From positions 1 to 32,556 of IMG/VR virus record IMGVR_UViG_3300020043_001138: DNA of 32,556 nt. One strand, written 5' to 3'. Origin of the DNA: a virus. Its lineage: Duplodnaviria > Caudoviricetes. The notes under the pieces were generated by a model. The model was given only the letters and a program-made list of their open reading frames with translations, was not told where the DNA came from and searched no databases. Each line of letters begins with the position of its first letter. Position 1 is the first letter of the stretch. Below are positions 27,307 to 32,556 of this stretch, one piece after another. A program made the position numbers and the translations under genes.

Positions 27307-27323
27307 ATTGCAATTGCAATATA

Positions 27324-27593
27324 TTAATCTATCTTTAATCTACAAAGTCTTTTGCGAAAAATTCCTTCATATTCTGGATATTCTTTTTCGAATTTACGAG
27401 CATAACCAGATACATAATTGTTATTAATTTTAAATTCATCATTACCGGATACCATTGTCTGCCATCTAATAATTTCGCATACATTCTTTGCGCCAATATG
27501 AGTATATTTTCTTTTAATATACATCATAGCTATCTCCTTAAACGCTTCGTATATTTCTTGGTTTTCTTGATCGTATTGTTGGAAGCTTCTCAT
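27324..27593 (-). CDS. Conserved phage hypothetical protein
   Basis: EIIRW.T....DEFKINNNY...YARKF...YPEY.G.F..R pattern. Confidence 0.7.
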   Translation of the reverse strand: MRSFQQYDQENQEIYEAFKEIAMMYIKRKYTHIGAKNVCEIIRWQTMVSGNDEFKINNNYVSGYARKFEKEYPEYEGIFRKRLCRLKID

Positions 27594-27678
27594 TTTTTAT
27601 TAAGTTTAGTTTTTTATAATCCTTTTCTAATTGCTTGGACAAGTTTGCTTGCCACTCGTTAAATGTTAAATCTTTCAT
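27538..27678 (-). CDS. Small hypothetical protein (46 aa, MKDLTFNEWQANLSKQLEKDY...)
   Basis: Manual translation; ATGA overlap with the upstream gene. Confidence 0.5.
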   Translation of the reverse strand: MKDLTFNEWQANLSKQLEKDYKKLNLIKNEKLPTIRSRKPRNIRSV

Positions 27679-27917
27679 TTGAATACTGGTATATACTTTG
27701 GAAAAGCAGTTGATCCATTAGGCTGAACGTGAATGGTATAACTTGCTACATAATTTGGAGTATTGACTGGCTCGGGAATTTCCGGAGCTTGGCATCCTAC
27801 CAATAGAAATAAAAATATTAAGTATCCTAGTATGCTGATGCCAGCTCCTACTACTCCTACGAATGCAATGAACTCTGAAGCGTCGTATTGTTCTTTTGAT
27901 TTACCTTGCAGTCTCAT
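27675..27917 (-). CDS. Small membrane protein / possible lipoprotein
   Basis: Long hydrophobic stretch ending LLVGC (lipobox-like). Confidence 0.6.
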   Translation of the reverse strand: MRLQGKSKEQYDASEFIAFVGVVGAGISILGYLIFLFLLVGCQAPEIPEPVNTPNYVASYTIHVQPNGSTAFPKYIPVFK

Positions 27918-28101
27918 GATTAAGTTGTTTAGATTCCATAACTCGTTTTACCTCGTCCATAACCTCTTGATTCTTTACTTTGCCATAAACTACCGATTGC
28001 ACTAATGGCATCGACCACTGTCTGGCTGAGAATGGCATAACTCCCTTTGCGTTTAAGTTGTCTGCCACTTCTTGATATAAATTAAGCTTCTTGATTTTCA
28101 T
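27901..28101 (-). CDS. Small HTH-like DNA-binding protein
   Basis: YQEVADNLNAKGV......WS...VQSV resembles the DNA-binding subdomain of serine recombinases. Confidence 0.55.
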   Translation of the reverse strand: MKIKKLNLYQEVADNLNAKGVMPFSARQWSMPLVQSVVYGKVKNQEVMDEVKRVMESKQLNHETAR

Positions 28102-28270
28102 ACTCTTGTTCGTTTATCTCTTCGTCTATTTCTTCTACTTGGCCATGATCTCTAGATATTCTATCTCGTATCTTGATAATGTCTTCTGGAGTTTCGCAGT
28201 AGTGCCTTTGCCAGTACTCTTTATAATCTAAGTGAGACCGATAGGTAAAAATATAATTATTCGCTTTCAT
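28082..28270 (-). CDS. Hypothetical protein
   Basis: 62 aa; operon packing. Confidence 0.55.
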   Translation of the reverse strand: MKANNYIFTYRSHLDYKEYWQRHYCETPEDIIKIRDRISRDHGQVEEIDEEINEQEYENQEA

Positions 28271-28454
28271 TTCCGATTTGCTTTTTAGTTAAGTAATCTC
28301 TTAAATCTTCGCTTATTCTTCCAAGCTCTACCTCTTTTGCCAGGTGCTTGGCTACTACTTGCTGGTATGCCTCAAAAGCCTCTTTGCTTCCGTTAAGGAT
28401 CATGCGTAAGCTTATACGCATAAACTCAAATTCTGCTATCTCTTGCGTTGTCAT
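28257..28454 (-). CDS. Hypothetical protein
   Basis: 65 aa; TAATG overlap. Confidence 0.6.
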   Translation of the reverse strand: MTTQEIAEFEFMRISLRMILNGSKEAFEAYQQVVAKHLAKEVELGRISEDLRDYLTKKQIGNESE

Positions 28455-28747
28455 TAGAAAGGAAGGTCTGAGTTATTAACTTGCTTTGCATTACTAGTAG
28501 GAGTTTCCTTCGGCGTGAATCCTTGAAACTCTGTCTTTGGCTTCTCCCAAGTATCTACTTCCATGTAGAACTTGCCTGATTTAGCTGAGTTGATATTTAA
28601 GTTAACCCAGCCATTCTTAGCGTTTGCTTGTAGGAATGCGATAGCATCCTCTACTTTAACGGACAGTTTTCCTACTACCCATTCTGGAGCGTTGTCTGAA
28701 CGCTTGAAAATAAAACCATCTGCGAATACTTTGTCTTGCTTTTCCAT
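28454..28747 (-). CDS. Putative single-stranded DNA-binding protein
   Basis: Small beta-rich protein with the C-terminal tail DLPF; directly after ERF. Confidence 0.7.
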   Translation of the reverse strand: MEKQDKVFADGFIFKRSDNAPEWVVGKLSVKVEDAIAFLQANAKNGWVNLNINSAKSGKFYMEVDTWEKPKTEFQGFTPKETPTSNAKQVNNSDLPF

Positions 28748-29256
28748 TACTTTGTTATTTGTAGTTTACGATTAGTGAATAATTTAATGTCTGAATCTGT
28801 TAGCGCTGATTTATACTTTGAGTAAAGAGAAGTTAATTCTTCTTCTGTATTGCAATTAGCAATTAGCTTAGTGTCGAATGACTCTTTTACTTGTACGCCA
28901 GCTGCATCTATATCCTTGTCAGTAATCAAGCCAAGCATAGAACTTAAAGCGTATCTACGGAAGTAAGTAACTCCAGAACCATAGGCTTGGTAATCGTTCA
29001 TGCTTCCAAGTTTTACCTTTGGGATTTGAGTAAAGCTCTCTAGTTGCTCTCCGCTTTCTACATGGAAAAGAATAGTCTTAATTCCATCGTTCTCAAGCAA
29101 TTGAGTAAAGCAAAGTTTGTGCTTTTTTAATAGTGGATTAATAACGCTGAAGATTTGTGGCAAATCTGCGTAAGTATAATTATGGCCTTTAGTATCCTTG
29201 TGAATAATGGGGCAGTCGTTCTGAAAGTCAGAAAGCGATTTAATTAGGTTTTTCAT
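28747..29256 (-). CDS. erf: ERF-family ssDNA annealing recombinase
   Basis: Y.YADL..I...INPLL.KH.L...Q, T.LFHVESGE, QAYGSGVTYFRRYALSSMLGL....DID. Confidence 0.9.
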   Translation of the reverse strand: MKNLIKSLSDFQNDCPIIHKDTKGHNYTYADLPQIFSVINPLLKKHKLCFTQLLENDGIKTILFHVESGEQLESFTQIPKVKLGSMNDYQAYGSGVTYFRRYALSSMLGLITDKDIDAAGVQVKESFDTKLIANCNTEEELTSLYSKYKSALTDSDIKLFTNRKLQITK

Positions 29257-29401
29257 TTATGATAAATTTTAAAAAGGTTGAACGATTTTTTTTGCATTCG
29301 TTTTGAATGATATCCTTTACTTCCCAGAGTTCAGGATTGTAAGACCAAGTCATAGTATAAATTCCGCCTTGATCTTTGAATTGTGCTTTTACGACCTTCA
29401 T
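29240..29401 (-). CDS. Small early protein (53 aa, MKVVKAQFKDQGGIYTMTWSY...)
   Basis: Manual translation; ATGA overlap upstream; overlaps the ERF start. Confidence 0.6.
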   Translation of the reverse strand: MKVVKAQFKDQGGIYTMTWSYNPELWEVKDIIQNECKKNRSTFLKFIINEKPN

Positions 29402-29520
29402 AGCTTTTCGATAATTGAAACGATTGCGATTGCGCCAAAGATAAAAGCTACTTGCTTTGCGAATGGAATAATGTCAGCCTTGCTGAAATCTCCTACTAAA
29501 AGTGTGATAATGTTTTTCAT
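29398..29520 (-). CDS. Small early membrane peptide (40 aa, MKNIITLLVGDFSKADIIPFAKQVAFIFGAIAIVSIIEKL)
   Basis: Manual translation; start lies in the repeated 21-bp leader. Confidence 0.6.
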   Translation of the reverse strand: MKNIITLLVGDFSKADIIPFAKQVAFIFGAIAIVSIIEKL

Positions 29521-29535
29521 TTTGATAAGGTTTAT
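29515..29535 (-). repeat. 21-bp direct repeat covering leader and start codon (ATAAACCTTATCAAAATGAAA), copy 1
   Basis: Exact copy at 29794-29814. Confidence 0.9.
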
Positions 29536-29538
29536 AGT

Positions 29539-29799
29539 TTAAAATAAATTAGTATATCTTGATTCATATTTTTTCTCCATGCTTTTCCAATATGCTCTAC
29601 CTTCTTTTGTATTATCAATAGTAATGCAAGCTGAAATAGTACAAGTGCTTGAGCATGTTAACTGATCAAAGTCTTTCTTTATTTGATTAAGACTTCTGCC
29701 AAATTTGCTTTGTTCTTTGATATAATAAGACAAAATAAGTTGATACATTTCTTTGTCATACCTGCTAATAGTCATCAACATTGATAAAGGATATTTCAT
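29539..29799 (-). CDS. First early gene, hypothetical; likely start MKYPLS
   Basis: ATG lies in the repeated leader downstream of the promoter; TKEGRAYW motif. Confidence 0.65.
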   Translation of the reverse strand: MKYPLSMLMTISRYDKEMYQLILSYYIKEQSKFGRSLNQIKKDFDQLTCSSTCTISACITIDNTKEGRAYWKSMEKKYESRYTNLF

Positions 29800-29814
29800 T
29801 TTGATAAGGTTTAT
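29794..29814 (-). repeat. 21-bp direct repeat, copy 2
   Basis: Exact copy at 29515-29535. Confidence 0.9.
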
Positions 29815-29841
29815 TCGATTGCTTCGTTGCTTTCGATATGT

Positions 29842-29885
29842 CAAAGATACAAACTTAATTTAAATAAAAAAACTTTTTTTAATTT
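29842..29885 (-). promoter_or_regulatory. Early promoter (Bacteroidota housekeeping sigma type)
   Basis: Tandem TAnnTTTG elements TAAGTTTG (29850-29857) and TATCTTTG (29842-29849) with very AT-rich upstream DNA, after a terminator. Confidence 0.7.
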
Positions 29886-29940
29886 ATTTTTAAATACTAC
29901 TCTAATATTTGCCCAACAAATAACCTTTTATTTGCACAAC

Positions 29941-29972
29941 AAAAAAGCCACCAGATAAAATCCAATGGCTTT
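29941..29972 (-). terminator. Rho-independent terminator
   Basis: Minus strand AAAGCCA-TTGGATTTTATCTGG-TGGCTTT followed by further Ts; the inner TTGGAT/ATCTGG can extend the stem with G-U pairs. Confidence 0.8.
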
Positions 29973-30015
29973 CTAAGGAAACTCTAAACCTATATACTAT
30001 GAAAAAAATTCTTAC
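29941..30015 (-). ncRNA. Candidate small antisense RNA (about 75 nt)
   Basis: Bounded by TAGCTTTG (-7) and a terminator; non-coding; body complementary to translation-start regions. Confidence 0.55.
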
Positions 30016-30019
30016 TCTG

Positions 30020-30027
30020 CAAAGCTA
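30020..30027 (-). promoter_or_regulatory. -7 promoter element TAGCTTTG for the candidate sRNA
   Basis: Exact TAnnTTTG directly after the phosphoesterase stop; the -33 element is imperfect (CTAG). Confidence 0.55.
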
Positions 30028-31182
30028 TTAAAAAATATGAGATAGTCTAGCGACCTGCCCAAAATCTTTGTGATGTATGAAACCTTCTACCGCCTTTATG
30101 CCACCAACTCCGTAGCCGTTTCTATGATGCCAGGAGTCCGCACCGCTTGGCGATCTAAGAGACTCAATTGTTAAACCGATTAAATCTTTCGAGGTTTTAT
30201 GGTGTACATGATGCGTGTAGAAATATCTATGATTTGTATTTCCCCAATCTTTCTTAGCTTCACTAGCCATCAATAAACCTAAGTCAGACTGCTTCGCTGC
30301 ATCGCCATGCGTTGTTCCAATTAGATTGCTTCCGTAGATAAAATACTTTCTATGCGCTATTGAACAATCGAATGTAATATTAGGCGAATTTCTAAACCAG
30401 CTTTGAATTACATCGGCTAAGAAGAATCCGTTTGTGTAGTCATGGTTCGAAGGATTGAAAACAAAGTGAACGTCTGCAATCTGCATAAGCAATTCAATTA
30501 CATCAACATACAATTGTTTAGCTATTAGAAAACTTTCGTACCACATGCCATCCGTATCTTGCGGAGTTCCGCTAGTTGTTTGGCGTTTAGGAGTATCAAT
30601 GTGAAGAATATCATTGCCACCAATAAAAAGAACATTATCAATATTAAAGCCAGAAGCTTTTTGAATTACGCCTCTTACTCCTTCAAGTACTCGCTGAACT
30701 GCAATCTGTGAATTATAATCTTCTCCAGTTTCGAATGAAGTTGCAAGCTTACCGATATGAATGTCCGCAGGATCTACCACCAACAAATGACCATCTACAA
30801 TATTACTACGGATTATTGTTTCGTACTTAGGAGAATGCTCGTTCATTGATTGAACTATCTCGTCTCTTATCTCCTCGTAGGTTTTGCCTTTCTCTCCTTT
30901 AACGTGAATTGAATACTGCTTGCCTTTAAACCAATAGTTAGAAACGTTTTCTAATGGCAGACCTACTTGCTCGCATTCGGTAGCTAAAGCTGGATGAAAG
31001 TTCTGGCGCTTATATCTTTGAACTCTACGAAGTAAAGCAACTCTTAAATGCTCTTTATCAATGTGTGGATAAGATGCTAGTAAGTGCCTTACTATTTCGC
31101 CTTGAGATTTATAGTTCCCAGTCTTGTAAAGCTCGAAAGCTTCTAGACTTACCTCTTGAGTTCCTTTATTTACTTCGCTCAT
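30028..31182 (-). CDS. Calcineurin-like metallophosphoesterase with N-terminal helical/HTH-like region
   Basis: ADIHIGK, GGND..H.D, SNHD, THGD, HHVHH metal-binding motifs. Confidence 0.85.
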   Translation of the reverse strand: MSEVNKGTQEVSLEAFELYKTGNYKSQGEIVRHLLASYPHIDKEHLRVALLRRVQRYKRQNFHPALATECEQVGLPLENVSNYWFKGKQYSIHVKGEKGKTYEEIRDEIVQSMNEHSPKYETIIRSNIVDGHLLVVDPADIHIGKLATSFETGEDYNSQIAVQRVLEGVRGVIQKASGFNIDNVLFIGGNDILHIDTPKRQTTSGTPQDTDGMWYESFLIAKQLYVDVIELLMQIADVHFVFNPSNHDYTNGFFLADVIQSWFRNSPNITFDCSIAHRKYFIYGSNLIGTTHGDAAKQSDLGLLMASEAKKDWGNTNHRYFYTHHVHHKTSKDLIGLTIESLRSPSGADSWHHRNGYGVGGIKAVEGFIHHKDFGQVARLSHIF

Positions 31183-31366
31183 ATTCTTCCATTAATTGAT
31201 CCACCAGAAACTCAATGTTATTTGATAGCTTCATCTTTAAAACAAATGTACCATCGTCCATAGTATTGATAGTTTCTAAAATGTCTAGCATAGTGCCAAG
31301 CATTTTAATAGTAGTCAGCTCGTTTTCTTGGTTGTTTGCCACCGGTTCTATTTCTATCTTATACAT
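31166..31366 (-). CDS. Hypothetical acidic protein
   Basis: 66 aa; start codon is embedded in GCTATTTATG. Confidence 0.6.
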   Translation of the reverse strand: MYKIEIEPVANNQENELTTIKMLGTMLDILETINTMDDGTFVLKMKLSNNIEFLVDQLMEEYERSK

Positions 31367-31716
31367 AAATAGCCTAAAAATATAGTTGACAAAATAAAGA
31401 TGTTTCTTTGCCAGCCATTTCTAGCTTTTTTCTTTTGCAATATAAGGATAGATTTTTCTTGCTCGTATATCTTTGTCTGCCTATTGCCATTATCTTCGCT
31501 TAGGATTGAGATATAAGCCTTAGAAAGCGAATCTTTCTTTAGTAATACCTTGCGCTCTTGTAGGTCGTGGATAATAGTATCCATTAGCGTTACTGGAATG
31601 CTAATAGTCTTACCGAAATTTGGAGTAGTTCCGTAGAAAATTTGCCCTTTCGCTATCTGAGTAAGCATAAGGAATCCGATTAGTAATGGAATCGAGTTTA
31701 AGTATTTGCGTTTCAT
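31354..31716 (-). CDS. Putative spanin-like lysis protein; likely start MKRKYL
   Basis: Signal-peptide-like N-terminus ending AKG|Q, coiled coil and C-terminal TM helix; overlaps the upstream gene. Confidence 0.5.
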   Translation of the reverse strand: MKRKYLNSIPLLIGFLMLTQIAKGQIFYGTTPNFGKTISIPVTLMDTIIHDLQERKVLLKKDSLSKAYISILSEDNGNRQTKIYEQEKSILILQKKKARNGWQRNIFILSTIFLGYLCIR

Positions 31717-31858
31717 ATACTTTGCTAGGTTGAATGATTGATTTTTCAGCAATAATTGGCTTATTATTCTTGCAGTCTTTGTAAATAATGGCTACAAAAA
31801 ACAAAAGCAGTAACCAAGTTACCGCCTTTATTACATTAGTGTATTGATCAAGATTCAT
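31610..31858 (-). CDS. Putative i-spanin (Rz-like)
   Basis: N-terminal TM helix (WLLLLFFVAIIY); directly after the endolysin. Confidence 0.5.
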   Translation of the reverse strand: MNLDQYTNVIKAVTWLLLLFFVAIIYKDCKNNKPIIAEKSIIQPSKVYETQILKLDSITNRIPYAYSDSERANFLRNYSKFR

Positions 31859-32303
31859 ATAAGTTAGCTTCTGCTATTCTGCGATTAGTCAATCCCTTCA
31901 AAGCTCTGCCGTTTGCCTTATTCCATTTTAAGAACTCGTTACGAATTGTAACGTCTTGCGGATTCTTGTTTACTTTCTTTAGTAAAGTGCTATTCTTTAA
32001 AGCATTGACGCCCACATTATAAGCGAATGCCACCAGCGCATCAAATTGGTTTTGATTAATGTCATCACGACAAAACGAGTCCACCGATTTTTCATAAGTC
32101 TTTAGCATATTCATAAGCATCGTGGAGGCTTGGCCTTCAGTGATTGCTTTGTCGCTCATTGTAACTCTTAATCCGTTAGGGTAATACGTTGCGCCGTATC
32201 CAATTGTTATAGCGCCTCCACTGCAAATATATGGCTTGGCACTAAATCCTTCAAACTGTTTGATCAGGCTTATTCCCTTTGCTCCGGTTGCGCTTATTTT
32301 CAT
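31848..32303 (-). CDS. Endolysin, GH24 phage lysozyme
   Basis: FEG......C..G..TIGYG catalytic E-8x-C-5x-T; QNQFDALV.FAYNVG; GL..RR..EA.L. Confidence 0.93.
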   Translation of the reverse strand: MKISATGAKGISLIKQFEGFSAKPYICSGGAITIGYGATYYPNGLRVTMSDKAITEGQASTMLMNMLKTYEKSVDSFCRDDINQNQFDALVAFAYNVGVNALKNSTLLKKVNKNPQDVTIRNEFLKWNKANGRALKGLTNRRIAEANLYES

Positions 32304-32556
32304 TCGGTTGACCTTCTAGTTTTTGACGAAGCTCTACGTTCTCTGTACGAAGCGTATGTACCTCAGTCGTTAGTAATTCAATCTTCTCTTTTAGCTCCGC
32401 TACTTCCGCTTTCATGTCTGTTGCCATCTCTCGCCAAATCTTTATCGCCTCTTGTACGTTGGTAATCTCGCTACCTTGAATTTCTACCTTCTCTTTGTTC
32501 TTGCCAACTAGCCAACCGAAGAGTCCAGTGAATCCAGATATAATCGCAGGGAAAAT
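32251..32556 (-). CDS. Putative holin, 3' part (continues from 145 across the junction)
   Basis: ...WREMATDMKAEVAELKEKIELLTTEVHTLRTENVELRQKLEGQPNENKRNRSKGNKPDQTV*; TGA at 32251-32253; overlaps the lysozyme start. Confidence 0.7.
   Translation of the reverse strand: MFPAIISGFTGLFGWLVGKNKEKVEIQGSEITNVQEAIKIWREMATDMKAEVAELKEKIELLTTEVHTLRTENVELRQKLEGQPNENKRNRSKGNKPDQTV
32436..32556. repeat. Terminal direct repeat, copy 2 (circular assembly overlap)
   Basis: Identical to bases 1-121; one ORF reads in frame through the junction. Confidence 0.97.

Noticed and set aside
27901-28101. Serine integrase
   Set aside because: Only 66 aa resembling a DNA-binding subdomain; no catalytic domain
60-29542. 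All plus-strand ORFs in the track (e.g. 60..338, 6701..7186, 12484..12807, 17427..17900, 29303..29542)
   Set aside because: They lie antisense to well-supported minus-strand genes and have no recognisable motifs
29999-30031. Plus-strand micro-ORF MKKILTLQSY
   Set aside because: Only 10 codons with no plus-strand promoter seen; better explained as the mirror image of an antisense RNA
1-32556. CRISPR array, tRNA genes, stop-codon reassignment
   Set aside because: No regularly spaced repeats or cloverleaf seen; genes are intact and densely packed under the standard code, with TAA, TAG and TGA all used as stops

Overview
The window is an apparently complete, circularly assembled genome (about 32,435 bp) of a tailed dsDNA phage of siphovirus type. 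Bases 1-121 repeat exactly at 32436-32556. The host is very likely Bacteroidota, judged from A-rich leaders without Shine-Dalgarno sites, TAnnTTTG promoters and DUF4373/DUF5977-like domains. All credible genes lie on the minus strand. Reading leftwards from an early promoter near 29850 the order is: small early genes, ERF and SSB, a DUF4373 replication initiator with its partner, a DNA methyltransferase, RusA, DUF3310, a sigma-like factor, a CxxC/glycosyltransferase/methyltransferase cluster, terminase, frameshifted tail chaperones, tail tip, tape measure, XkdF protease, scaffold, capsid, tail tube, a multi-domain portal, head-tail connectors, an S74 tail fibre, a DUF11/DUF5977 adhesin, then across the junction a holin, GH24 lysozyme, spanin-like pair and metallophosphoesterase. 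No integrase, repressor, polymerase, tRNA or CRISPR array was seen. The most striking unexplained signal is non-coding: a promoter-to-terminator unit of about 75 nt at 29941-30027 whose RNA is antisense to translation-start regions. It matches a phage early-gene leader at 24/32 nt and is the exact antisense of an 'MKKILTL' signal-peptide-like start. A second possible anti-leader 3' UTR and a switchable attenuator before the initiator gene also stand out. Family assignments come from motif recognition by eye, not database searches.
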